A DNA stretch of 64,000 nt, taken from assembly GCF_963921235.1 (NCBI RefSeq), contig NC_086102.1, positions 141,732,001 to 141,796,000 of the forward strand, written 5' to 3'. The notes beneath the pieces are model-generated. The model saw nothing but the letters and a program-made list of their open reading frames with translations, was not told the origin of the DNA and made no database searches. This document shows, piece by piece, positions 35,515-48,600 of this stretch. A program made the translations under genes and the position numbers. How positions within the stretch are numbered: the stretch's first letter is position 1; the number at the start of each line of letters is the position of its first letter. Source of the stretch: Mobula hypostoma (taxonomy: Eukaryota).

Positions 35515-38500
35515 TTGGCTTTCAATCACCAGCATATTATTCTGAGAACATATTTCAGAAAATAAAATAACCTTTGCAAGACAATTGTCATTGTAATTCA
35601 TTTATTTTGATGTTGCGATAACATTGTGTAAAACATACAAAATAGAGTTAGTATCTGAGCCTTGTGTGGAGGCTTTGACCCACATTGACCTTAATTCATG
35701 ATTATTTCTCATCTTAGCTGCTATCATTGTGGAGATAAATTTTATCCAGAGGCATGCTGAATATGTAATTATTATTCATGAAGTCATCTTCTCTCATTGA
35801 GAGGATAGTGATAAAGTGTCACATCTCTGTGGATTCCTGCTCTTATGGAGAGATACAACATGGAAACAAGCCCTTTGTCCTACTGAGTCAGGGATGAACA
35901 TCACCTACCCACTTACACGAATCCTTCATTGATCCCATTTTTACAATCTCCACATATTCTCATAATTTCCCCAAACTGTAGTCACCTACACACAGAGAAC
36001 AGCATACAATGGTCGATTTACCCACCAAGTAGCTCACCTCCCACATCTAGAACAAACCAGAACATCTAGAAAGAAGACATGGGCTTGCAGTGAGAATGTG
36101 CAAATCCTATACAGACATCACTTTAGGTTGCTGACATAGTGAGGCAGTGGTTCGACTACCTGCACCACCACACTGCCTCTTCCCGCCTGTTGCAAACTGG
36201 ACACATTCCATTTCTGCATCAGTATTTTTGAGACGTTTACAGCCTAAAAGACAAAAGTTTTGACGATAATATCGTTAATGAGAATACTTGTTGCAATCTA
36301 CTACTTAGATAGAGTCTCTTTTCCCTAATGATGTTTCCTTCACAACCAATTTCTGACCACGTGAAAGGACACTTCCAATTACAAGCAATTTCGTTTGGAT
36401 TACGATTTGTGAGTGAGAAATGCAGTTTGGAAGCTTACATTGACAGCTATCCATCTTGCAAATGACCTTGAACTGTAAGACAGAGGGATGGTAGCCAGTA
36501 TAAAGAAGGACTGGAGCAAGGGATGGCAGATAGATCCAGATGAAGGGATGAGTGACAGTCTTAAAAATTTCTTGTGTGAGCGTTGATGGGGAGTGTTCAA
36601 AGGAATTCAGAAAGTTAAAGTGTAAGAACAATAGTAATAGTGATATGAGTAACCAGACTGTGAAGAGGGTAGACATCCAACTCGAGATCAAGCAGGGGAA
36701 AATGGAAAACATCCTGAAGTGAAGATCCGGAAGAATCCCTCCATCATAAAATATCTCACCATCATCCCTCCCTTCTGATCTTCCTCCCTTCTCATTTTCC
36801 AGCACCTACGACCTTTTGTATCTCCGCCTATCACATTTCATCCTCTGTCTCTCCCTCCTGGATCCACCTTCCATTATTCCCCCTCTCTCCTTATCCGTTT
36901 ATATGTATCACCTACCAGCCATTCTCTCGCACTCTTCCCCATACATGGTTCTATCCCTTTCCCACCTGGTTACACCTGTTGCCTGCCAGTCCCTGCCTCA
37001 TTCCTCTCCCTCCTTTCTATTTACTGGCTATTTCTCTTCTACACTCTTATTCCAGATGCAAGGCCTTGAAGTAAAACATTGACCACCCTTTTGCCTCCAC
37101 AGGAAAGCCCCAACATCCAGCGAGTCAACGCTAAATCAACCATTTTCCTCCATGAACTTCTTTTGTGAGTTGGACAGGAGATGCTGATGTCAGTATTAAA
37201 TGTACATTCGGTGGCTGCACTGGGGACCTGATTACTGTGTCAGGAGTTAATGTGAAGGCAGAGCTCACATGCAACCTTCAGGTGCCAAACTAAGTAATCT
37301 GAGGTGCCAGTTCATTGGCTAAACCAAGGTGCATCCTGCAGAAAACAGTGGACTGAAAACAATTTTTTTTTATAGTGCAATAACCAAAGCCTATAATGAC
37401 CAGCAGTCAAAACTGTAATTTGTGGAAATGAAATTTCCATATACCTCTGCAGATGCTGCCTGCCCCTTTGAGTTCCTTCAGCAGTTTATTGTTTAATGAA
37501 GAAAGTGAATGAGTTTGGGAGTAGCGAAGAAAGAGCAAAGGACAGTAACATTGGCGTGAGTCATTTCCAGACCAGTAAATAATAATACCAATGAAAGGCA
37601 CAGGAAATACAGTAACTATCGGGCAGAGAAGTAGAATTGATGGAGAGTAAGTCAGAAGGTTTTCAAGATCAGTGTGTGGGGAAAGCAATGAGAACGTAGG
37701 CTGTTGTAGATCAAAGGGTGTGCAAGGAGAGAGGGTTCATTACAAATCTTGCAGAAATCTACTTTTTTGAAGTGCTGGAGTTGTTGGGTTTTGGCGTACT
37801 CATTGTGTTACTAAGAGAGGGAGTTCCCGGATTTTGACCCAGTGACTGTGAAGGAATGGGGTATTTTCCAAGTCAAGATGGTGTGTGGCTTGGATGGAAA
37901 CTTCCAGTCAGTGTCATTAGGGTACAAAAGGGAGCAGAAGTGATTTACAAGGATGATATTGGGACTCAAAGTTTGAGTTATGAGAAGTGACAGGGTTGTG
38001 TTCCCCAGAATAAAGGAAACTGATGGGTGATATTATAGTAATTATTAAAGTCATGAGGGGCATATAGATTAATTAGAAGGTCACAATTTTCCCAGGGTAG
38101 TGGAGTTTAAACTTACAGAGCACACATGGACTTGTGGTGAGAGAGGAAAGAGTTAAGACATAAGACATACGACATAAAACATAGAGCAAAATTTAGGCCC
38201 TTTGGCCCATCAAGTCATCAAGGAATGCATTAAAATAATTTATTCCAGTATTGAGGAGGCAACAACAATGATGAGAATTTACCAGAGGGTTGCTGACCAT
38301 TCATCCACGGTACTAGATGAGGAAACTCACTACACAAACCGTAATTAATGGGCACTGGCAGTTTATTGTCTCTGCACAAACAACAATGTGACTATGTTGA
38401 CCCCATGTCAACAACTTAGAACATGAATCCTAATGTTTTGTCACTCATAGCACTTTTCTAATTTGTAACACCGAAATAGGGGATCTCCGTTAGCCAGATG

Positions 38501-38811
38501 ATCAATCCTTTCTTCACCCTGCCCCTGTGTGGGGGTTCTTCCTGTAATAGTGGATCCCTTCTCGAAGAGCCCACTTTTATATTCGTTCCTTACCAATTCA
38601 AATATTGCATTTCAGTGTCATTGGCTGTAGGTCAAGGGTCTGACATTTAACACCTTTTTATTGGCTCTGTTCCAGGCTCACATCTATTTATTACCCTCTT
38701 CCCAGCAAGTGACAATCAATAATTTATTACTCTTTGTTCTCTTCAGTAACCAGCTCGAATCACTCCAGGCAGGCACCAACCCCAGCATTCGCAAACCTGA
38801 ATGTTATATTA

Positions 38812-40389
38812 CAGGTTTCCCCCGCCATCCGAAGGTAGAGCGTTCCTATGAAACGGTTCGTAAGCCGAAATGTCGTAAAGTGAAGAAGCAATTACCATTT
38901 ATTTATATGGGAAAATTTTGTGAGCGTTCGCAGACCCAAAAATAACCTACCAAATCATGCCAAATAACACATAAAACCTAAAATAACAGTAACATATAGT
39001 AAAAGCAGGAATGATATAAATACACAGCCTATATAAAGTAGAAATACTTTTCCACAATCATTGCTGGCACAGACCTCCGTAGCGAAAATCTCATGCAAGC
39101 GCCATCGGCAGAAAATCTCACGCCAGCGCTGTTGGCAAAAACACGGTGCAAGCGCTCTCCAGTAATCTTTAAACTATGAAGCTGCCAAATCATACCAAAT
39201 AACACGTAAAAATACACAGCCGATATAAAGTAGAAATAATGTATGTACAGTGTAGTATCACTTACCGGAATCGGGACAGCGCAGAGCACACTAATGATGG
39301 TGTGTAGGCTGAGTCGTCGTAGGCTGGGTGGTGCAGTGGCCCCCACCCTCCGGGCCACTGACCGATACATTGCCGCGACCAGCGGTAGCCGGGACGCATC
39401 CAGCACATCTTTAAGAAAAAAGCCGAAATAAACATGCTAATTAATTATGTGCTGCCCAACACGTAATTGTCGGCCCAGATCAGTACCGATTGCCGATTAC
39501 ATCGCCTCTGACCTGGGCCGACGATTATGTGTGGGGAGGCACCTAATTAATCAGCATGTTTATTTCGGCTTTTTTCTTAAAGTTGTGCTGTGTGCCTCCC
39601 AGCTACTGCTGCATTCTCCGCGAATCGATACAGTACCTGTCCGGGGCCTGGGTGTTGGGGTGGTGGGACATGGGGGTGGCATCTCATCGTCGATCAGGGC
39701 AGGCAGCTCACCTTCTCCTATGACTGCCCGCCTCGATGTCGAAGGTCGAGGTTCGTCGTCTGCTGTGGCTGATGTGGAAGGCTTGCTTGACTGCTGAGCC
39801 TTGTGCATTTTTCTATCATACAGTTCTGTGTAAGGACTCAAAGAATCTTGCAAATATCCCCAAAACGTAGGTACCCGTTCTAAATTAAAGTCGTACTTTA
39901 TCATTACTCATTCGGTTTTGATTGTTATCCTTTCCTCTTCCAATTGCATCTGCTCTTCATCTATCAGTTCTTGGTCATGGGATGCCAAAACCTCTTCGAC
40001 ATCATCTTCATCAGCTTCCACAAGCCAAACTCATTTTGTCCTTGCTTTGTTCACCACGATCGAAATGCTTAATTATGTCTAGTTTTATGCTAAGTGTAAC
40101 ACCCTTACGAGCTCTTTCAGGCTTTTCCGACACCATAGAACTCATCTTGAAAGCGAACGCTCACAGGCTCGCGTTAAAGCAATGCTGGCAAGAATGCTGT
40201 TCCGAATCCGGGGGGAGCGGCTGCTCGGGGTGCGCGCTGCTTTTTTTCGCGCGCTGATTTTTTTTCGCGCGCTGAATTTTTTTTGTAACACTGAAGACAC
40301 CTTCTGAAAGCGAAAACAGGGTACTAATGTAGGTCTTTCGTAACAGTGAGGTTTCGTAAAGCGAACGTTCGAAAAGCGGGGGACACCTG
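38812..40389 (-). mobile_element. Internally deleted Tigger/pogo (Tc1-mariner) DNA transposon
   Basis: TA TSDs at 38810-38811 and 40390-40391. Imperfect TIRs caggtttcccccgccatccgaa / ttcgaaaagcgggggacacctg. The - strand from ATG 40145 gives MSSMVSEKPERARKGVTLSIKLDIIKHFDRGE (CENP-B/psq-type HTH start), joined to the acidic C-terminus VEADEDDVEEVLASHDQELIDEE. The DDE domain is missing. Confidence 0.88.
39380..39611. repeat. Long imperfect palindrome (~105-bp arms) inside the Tigger
   Basis: cagcacatctttaagaaaaaagccgaaataaacatgctaattaatta...tcggcccag pairs with ctgggccga...taattaatcagcatgtttatttcggcttttttcttaaagttgtgctg. Confidence 0.9.
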
Positions 40390-41193
40390 TATATCAAAAC
40401 ACCCCACAAATTAATTCTTATTTGGCAATTACCTCTAATCCAGCAGATTCCTGAAGCAACATTGTGTTTTTTCTAAAACACGAAAAGCAAAGCAACTTTA
40501 TCTCACAAAATAGAAAACTTAAAACAGTTCCACAAAATGGCAGCCTCCATCTCTGACTACATGGCAGGAACAAATTGATCTGTCTGCTTCCACTGTCTTT
40601 GTCACATTCGAGTTTGATGTTTTCTTTCATATTTTAAATCCTCCATAGTCAACAGGGCAGACATTGGGGTGGGGGGCAGATGATGGAATTGATGGATGAC
40701 TGTCCCTCTGTCTACGATTGTTTCTGTTACCATGACATCCACTCCTGTCAGGTGATGGATGGTTACTGGATCTTCTATGAATATCCCAACTACAGAAGTC
40801 AGCAGTACTTCCTGAGACCTAGGAAGACCATGATATACAGTGTCTGGGTCGCTCAGCCATTTGAGCAACTTCTAGGCAGCTACTGTAAAGCATAATGTTG
40901 TCTAGAGTAAGGTTTGGTGACTCAGATAAAATGGCCTTTCGTAAGTTATCAATTCTGTGCTTTGAATTCTCTTGAACCCGTACACAATCTTGTATAAGTT
41001 TCACTACAGTGATTTGACAACTTACATTTACAGATAATATGGAATAAAGCACTCCTAGAAACTACTGTTCAAAAGAAAACAGAGACAAACTTTAATCTTC
41101 TATATTTCTAAATCCGTTTACAATTATGTGTCAGTAGATAAGATGCAACGAGTAGAAACTCACTGCTAATCATGTTTGTTTTTGCAAATAAAA

Positions 41194-44100
41194 CAAAGTG
41201 AGGCGTTTCATGTTTAATGAAACCTGTTACAGATATTATTGAACTCCAACACCTAAACACAAAAGCGTGCTAAAGATCCTTGCGTAACAGCGTCATCACG
41301 TCAGAGAAGCCTCTTAAAGTGAAACCCTAACTCAATGTCGGCTGTTGTGAATTATGTACATTCCTCCTAATTACATCACCCTACACAGGCCCCACCCCAG
41401 AATTCACTAAAATCGGCATTGTGAGCCTTTCTGGAGCTCGGCTCATCTCCTGTATTCCATCGGTGGAGGAACTGCAGGTGCATATGGCTTATCCAGAGGA
41501 ACATTGACACACTCATGGTCATGTTCTGACGTCAGCGGCATGGCAGCAGAACACTCCAGATCTTGGTGAGCTGGTTTAATGCGATCTACTGAAATACAAT
41601 CAGGTGTACCCCTCTTATCCATGACATAAGTCTTTTCTACCTGTTCCAAAACATAGAACAAGACTTCATAAGAGGGTCTAAGGGATTGTTGGTGTGTGTC
41701 ATGGTGGACAAAAACAAACAGGGTGGAATGTAGGTTAACAGGAACCCAGAAGTGTTGTACGCTATGATGGAAGGTAGGAATAGGGGAAAAGGAATTGAAT
41801 TTACTGAGGAGGGTGGAATGCTATTTAGAGGCCGAACAGGCTGTTGTGGCATCAAGAATGAAAGCACATGGCACTTGTAACAGCTGCCTGTTTACCAACT
41901 CAGCTGTGGCCGACTGCAAGTTTTCTTTTGGAGCAGTTCTGAGCCTCAGCAGAACCTATGAGAGATGATCATGACTCATCAGTCAGGAGAGCCCTCAGAG
42001 CCGCCTTTAAGGAGCGGTGAAACTGCTCACATAGGCCATTGGACTGCGGGTGATATACCGTGGTGTGATGTAGCCTAACACCGAAGTTCCAGGCAGTCCA
42101 GAGGTTTGAAATGAATTGTGTGCCATGGTCAGAGGAAATATCCGATGTGACACCAAACCGAGCAACTGCTGATGAATGCCTGAGTCATGTCTGCAGCAGT
42201 TGTCAATGCTAGAGGGATAACTTCTGGCCACCTGGTGGTACGATCCATCAAGGAAAGGAGCTAAGTGAAACCACGGGACAGGGGAAGAGGACAAACAAGG
42301 TCCACATTGACATGGTCAAACCTCCGCTCAGGGACCTCAGAAGATGTCAATGCCACCTGAACATGATGGTTAATTTTTTTCCACTGGGACTCCACACAAG
42401 CTGCAGTCCAATCATGCATGTCCCTTCTGAGGTCATGCCAAACAAACTTTAGTGCAACCAGTTTCTCTGCGGCTTTCCAGACCGGACGCAGAGTTCATGT
42501 CTAGATTCGAAAACATTCCGTCTCCAGTTTGCGGGCATGATGGGGCGAGGGCAATTGGTTGAGACATCGCACAGAAGAGAAACCCTAGCTTCCCTGAACT
42601 TAATGTCAGCCAGCTGCAGGTCTGTGAGAGCTGTTCAGTAAGCATGGACCTCTGAGTCAGTAACCTGGTTGGTTGCCATGCCAGCATAGGCAACTCCTAT
42701 GTGAACGGCCCCAGTGGCTGGCTGTGAGAGGCAATCAGCCATGGCAATATTTTTCCCCTAGTTATGCTGTATATCAGTTGTGAACTCACATACATAGGGC
42801 AGGTGGTGTAGCTGTCATGCAAACCAAGATTCTGATATTTTGACCATCTTGCGCACGAGAGGTTTGTGGTTAACGAATGCTGTGAAATGGCGACCCACCA
42901 GAAGAAAAAGAAAATGGCAAACAGCCAGATAGAGATTGGGAAACTCATGGTCGAATGCGCTGTGCTTCCTCTCGATGGGGTGGAGCTGCCGACTGAAGAA
43001 GGTGAGCGGCTGACACACTCCTCTGACCAGCTGTTCACGCACAGCACCCACAGCATAGTCTGAGGCATCAGTAGCAATGGCTATGGCTTTGCTGGGAACC
43101 AGATGCACCACTAGGCTCGCATTAGAAAGTGCACATTTGGTAATGTGAAATGCCCTGGTTATGTCTGCTGATTAGACAAGCACTTGATCGGGGTGTTGCC
43201 TTTAAGTGCACTATACAGAGAGAGCATAATGTAGTGTGGGGAAATCTAAAGCAGTGGCTACTTTACATGGGAGGGATTTCATACCCTCCCTGGAGATGCG
43301 ATGGCTGAGAAAGTCATGGGTGACAACCCAAACTGGCATTTAGCAGGTTTAATAATCAACCCGTGTTGGCTTAAGCACTTGAAAAGTGTGCGGAGTTTCA
43401 GACTGGTATGCACTGGTGACAGGTATGTCACCCAGGTAAAGATAAAGAAAATCGGTCTTTTATTTGAGAATCCATCAGCCATTGGAAAGCAAACAACAGG
43501 AATTCTGCAGATGCTGGAAATTCAAGCAACACACATCAAAGTTGCTGGTGAACGCAGCAGGCCAGGCAGCATCTCTAGGAAGAGGTACAGTCGACGTTTC
43601 AGGCCGAGACCCTTCATCAGGGCTAACGATTGGAAAGTTTCTGGAAAGTTTCTGTTGCATTTTTCAGTCCAAACTGCATGTGTAGAAACACAAAAAATCC
43701 AAATAGGGTTATCACAGCTGCTTTGGGAACTTCGGAAAAAATTAACTTTTTGGCTAAATGTGCCAAAAAATCTTGGATGTGTGGCACTGGGTAACGATCG
43801 GAGGTAGTGGCTTCGTTCAGGTGTTGGTAATCTCCACATAGGCAGCAGCCACTATCAGATTTAGGGACCAGATGGAGGGAGAAGCCCAGGGGCTACTCGA
43901 ACAGTGTACAATGCTGAGTTTTTCCATGTTGGCAAACTCAGCCTTGGTGGTTTCCAGCTTTTCTGGGTTCAGTCTATGCGCGCAGGCTTGGATTGCTGGG
44001 CCAGTTCAGTTGAGGGAATATGGTGCTTGACACCATGTTTTGTGACTGTAGTGGAGAATGTAGGCTTGGTGAGGTTTGGGAATTTGACCAATGTCAGGCA

Positions 44101-45393
44101 AACTCATATGTGGTGGTGCGTGTAATTGGCAGAGTCATTGTGGGGAACTTACTGTGGGAGCAGGCAATGACCTAAAGCCCTTGACATCCACAAGCCGGCA
44201 GTCTTAAGATTGACTAATAGTCCTTGGGCACACAGGAAATCTGCACCGAGCAGGGGTCAAGCCACTTTAGCCAGGACGAAATCCCATGTCATCCAATGCA
44301 TCACCCGTCGTGTCCTGTGAGTCTGGATCCTGCTGCCGTTGGCGGCCTCTAGTGAGGTTTCGTCACCCTCTGCCTTCTCATCAATAGGTGATGCCGGCAG
44401 TGCACCAACTTGAATACCTGTATCACATAAGAAGGGTCACCCTGAAATGGTGTCTGTAATGAACAGTCGATGCCCCTGGCAATTGGAACCCATGGTGGTC
44501 ACAGATCTCTGATATCCCGATGTGCTGGCACTGTCAAAGTTGCAAGGTGATTGGCAATTCCTCACATTCGTTCCAAAGCGAGTGTGGTAAAAACACAGAC
44601 AGGGAGCAGTCTATTTCCTGGTGTTGCGGGCCTTGCTGATCAGGCTTATTGAGGTAGGGAGAGGAGGAGGAATAACGCACCTCTGCCTAGTAGAGTGGAG
44701 GTTATCAGACATTTTAACAAGTTCTCTGTAATCCTTCATGGATGCATTAGCAGGGGCCATGCGAACTTTGTCAGGAATTTGCTGCATGAAGAGTTCTTTA
44801 AACATAATATAAAGATGGTGATTTCCCAGGAGAGACATCATGTGGTCCGTTAGCCCCAAAGGTCTAACAATGCTGAGACTGGGTAGAGAGAGCAATTGTT
44901 TGGTTGGTGTGCTCGGACTCTGATAGTCCAAAAGTCTGTAAAAGTTGAGTTTTCAGCAAATAGTATTTATGGTGTACAGGCGGGTGTTCAAATAGAATCA
45001 CCACTCTCATAGTCGTGGAATTGCTGAGCAATGCTACCACCTCGTATAATTTGGTGTCACTGGCAGTAATTTCTCACAGAGCAAATTAAGCCTCTGCTTG
45101 TACAAACCAAGCGATGGCATTTTGCTCTAAAACCTTTGGCATTTTCAAAGCGAATTGTCCCAGAGGATTGGGGTCACTAACACAGGTTTCCAGAAATAAA
45201 ATGTAGTGAGGTGTTTTATATTTAATGAAAACCGTAACACATTTTATTGAACTCCAAAACCTAAACACAAAAGCACGCTAAAAATCCTTACTTAACAATG
45301 TTATCACCTCAGACCAGCCTCTTAAAGCGAAACCCCAACTCAATGTCGGTGTTTCTGAATTATGTACATTCCCCCCAATTACGTTACCCTACA
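41194..45393 (-). mobile_element. Degraded Ty3/Gypsy LTR retrotransposon (LTRs ~41194-41385 and ~45202-45393)
   Basis: Two ~192-bp LTRs (TGTAG...CTACA). PBS-like T(A)GTGACCCC on the - strand at 45170-45179; purine tract next to the 3' LTR. Remnants of gag (44611-44931), protease (DTG), RT (IIKPAKCQFG), RNase H (TDASDYAVGAV) and integrase. Confidence 0.85.
43491..43628 (-). mobile_element. Penelope pseudo-LTR fragment with hammerhead motif (43589-43624), inserted in the Gypsy remnant
   Basis: Near-identical to 59160-59262. The - strand reads AGCC-CTGATGA-A-GGGT(CTCG)GCCT-GAAAC-GTC-GACT. Confidence 0.8.
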
Positions 45394-45683
45394 ATCATAC
45401 CCGCTGTGTACAATGGCGGTGTTGACACACTGTACTCCATTTCCAAAGCAAAATTCTAATAAATTCCACAGAACTGAACCTTGAAAGTGAAGATCAGTGC
45501 AGATTTGTTGCTGTCTCCTGCACAGGTGTGGATGGACAATCTCCAGCTCACTCTATCATTGTTTTATAGTCAAAGACGAATATTCCCAGATTCAATGTCA
45601 GCACAGAAATCCTTCAATCGGTCCCACCAGTTTTACAGCACAAGGTGATCCTAGTCTTATTGTGAACGTTCAACAGAGGTTGC

Positions 45684-48600
45684 TGTTGTAATGTGAGCAT
45701 TATTAAAAGTAAGTTAATACTAATTAGGATAATGGGTGGGGGTTTACTTCTGTTCTTTGACTTCCGGTGTGTTTTGTATATAGTGTTCCTGCCATGCCGT
45801 ACGGGTTGTGAAACCCTCTGTACATACCTATCGGTTTTGAAGTTCGAGGTAAAGTTGTTTCTTTGGCATGAAGTTATCGAGTGTACCCTTTTCAAGGTAG
45901 AAGTTGCTACATATTTTTGGCGACGAGGTGAACTGGCTTTGTGACTGTATCGGCACGTTTTTCGAACGGGAGCTTTGCATTTCAGATGGCTACGTTTGGA
46001 ACTATCGATGAATTTCTGGAAGGAAACAAGCACTGGCCGGAATATGAGGAAAGGTTGGGACACTTTTTCTGTGCTAATGGAATTACTGAGGAGGCTAATA
46101 AACACACTATTCTCCTGAGTGTGTGTGGGGCAAAGACTTATAAGCTAATAAAGAATTTAGCCACACCGTGGAAACCGGGGGACATTCCATATGACGAACT
46201 GCTCAAGCTTGTGGGGAACCACTACAATCCGAAACCTTCTGTTTTAGTGCAACGGTGTAAATTTCACAGTCGAATCAGGAAGCCAGGTCAGTCTGTGGCC
46301 AATTTTGTGGCCGAGCTTCGGCAGCTGTTGGAGCATTGTGATTTCGGAGTGGTGTTCGATGACATGCTCCGTGACTGATTGGTATGCGGCATTAATAATG
46401 ACGACATACAACGTCGCCTGTTAGGGGAAACCTCACCACTGACTTTCAGGGAAGCCTTAGAGATTGTCCAAGGCATGGAGATGGCTGCTAATAATGTCAA
46501 GGATATCCAGGAAGGACATGGGGGGGGGTCGCAGTCGGCAGCAGTGCACCAAGTCAGGAGGGAGACTGGTAAACAGGCAAAGCGGGTGGAATGTTTCTGA
46601 TGTGGAGGGATGCACTATGCAAATGGTTGCAAATTCAAAGACACTGTCTGCCATGCTTGTAGCAAAAAGGGACGTTTAGCTAAAAAGTGCAGAAGTTCGA
46701 AGGGTAAGATTAAGCCTGGGCAGGGGAAAGCTCAACAGGATCAGGCAGCCACACACCATCTAGAAGAAGCAGATGAAGAGGCAGTGTGTGCCTACAACAT
46801 GTTTGCAGTGGAAACAGATGAGGAATCACCTGAACCATATTATGACACAGTCACTGTCAGGGGAAAGGACATTAAATCTGAGATTGATTCAGGGGCTACT
46901 GCATCGGTCATTAGTGAGGAGACCTACAGGAGGACATGGGGGTCCAACCTGCCTCCCATTAGACTGTCAAAGCTCAAACTTTATACGGGGCAGCCCATAC
47001 CTCATTTAGGGGTGTTATATGTGGATATTTCAGCCGGGGGTCAGAAGGCTGAAGCCAGGCTAGTGATAGCTAAGGGCAGGGGGCCCAGTCTTTTGGGTCA
47101 CGAGTGGCTTCGCAAAATCCGGCTAAACTGGTATGAAATTAAGTATGCGCACACGACGGAGGACGTTCTGCAGTGGTACAGTGACGTTTTCAGGGAGGAG
47201 CTGGGAACACTGAAGGGTGTAACAGTGAAACTCCATGTCGGCCCTGAGGCTACACCACGTTTTTTAAGCCCAGGTCGGTGCCCTATGCCATGAAAGGCAA
47301 AGTCAAGGAGGAGCCGAAATGTTTACAGAGGCTGGGCATTATTGAACCCGTCCAGTTTTCAAGGTGGGCGGCTCCCATTGTTCCAGTTTTGAAGGCAGAC
47401 AAAACGGTGAGGATATGTGGGGATTATAAACTTACGATGAATCAGGTCTCTAGGCTGGAGGAGTACCCATTGCCACGGGTGGATGACCTGTTTGCGACCC
47501 TGTCAGGGGGTAAGCTGTTCACAAAGCTGGACATGAGCCACAACTACCAACAGCTGCTGCTCGACCGGGATTCAAAGGAGTACGTCACAATTAATACACA
47601 AAAGGGATTATTCAAGTACAATCGCCTGGTGCTTGGAGTGGCGTCCAGCCCTGCCATTTTCCAAAGGACAATGGACACTTTGCTGCAGGGGATTTCCACA
47701 CGTAGCAGTGTACCTTGATGATATTTTGATCACGGGGGCTACGGAGGTGGAGCATCTGGCTAATTTAGAATGGGTGCTGAAGAGGCTCTCGGACACAGGG
47801 TTGCGGTTGAAACACGGAAAATTTGTGTTCCTTGCATTGAGTGTGACTTACCTGGGACACAAGATCACAGCTGAGGGGCTTTGCTCTGTGGAGGACAAAG
47901 TGAGAGCTGTTAAGGAGGCCTCGAGCCCTAAGACGGTCAAGGAACTCAGATCATTTTTGGGCACGGTGAATTATTATGGCAAGTTTCTTCCTGACCTCTC
48001 AAGGGTTTTGACCCCACTGTATAAGCTGCTTCACAATGACACTAAATGGCAGTGGGGTGAAGAGCAGGAGAAAGCTTTCAAGGAAGTGAAAGAACTTCTC
48101 CACTCAGCGAAGCTGCTTGTTCACTATGACCCAGACAAGGAGATCACCCTGGCATGCGATGCCTCGCCCTATGGAGTCGGGGCAGTTCTCTCACATGTAA
48201 TGGAGGACTGTTCAGAGAAGCCTATTGGTTTTGCTTCACGTACCCTGTCATGCTGAGAAGTGATATTCACAGCTAGACAAAGAAGGTCTGGCCATTGTTT
48301 TTGCAGTCAAATGCTTTCCTCAGTACCTTTATGGACACGTATTTACAATTTATACGGACCATAAACCACTGATGAGCCTGTTCAGTGAGACTAGATGCAT
48401 CCCATCGCTAGCTTCAGCCAGGGTAAAATGTTGGGCTCTTACATTGTCAGCCTACCAGTACACTATAGTGTACAGAGCGGGTGGGAATAATGCAAACGCC
48501 GATGCACTGAGTCGACTACCTTTACCTGAGACACCTGTTACTACATAGGTGCCTCCAGTGTTTTCATTGGAGAGGCTGTCAGAGACACCTGTAAAGGCAA

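Larger units (their letters stand above)
38291..40654 (-). mobile_element. Solo LTR inserted in pseudo-exon 3 (interrupted by Tigger)
   Basis: Termini TG(C/T)TGAC...GTCAACA; TSD-like GGGT/GGGC. The - strand has TATAAAA (38575-38581), CCAAT boxes (~38620, ~38660) and AATAAA (~38362). Confidence 0.7.
38249..40825 (+). pseudogene. Orphan gamma-crystallin exon-3 fragment, split by a solo LTR and a Tigger
   Basis: Acceptor tttattccag is followed by a decayed exon-3 start (tat TGA gga ggc..., 38249-38290). After the insertion the exon resumes at ~40655 ([48 protein letters not shown]) and is then truncated. No exon 1 or 2 upstream. Confidence 0.88.

Noticed and set aside
36305-36805. 166-aa ORF with a hydrophobic stretch, repeated at 57769-58212
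   Set aside because: It lies in decayed Penelope-derived and 3' flank sequence. Recurrence is explained by the segmental duplication, and the frame is not kept in units 1 and 2.
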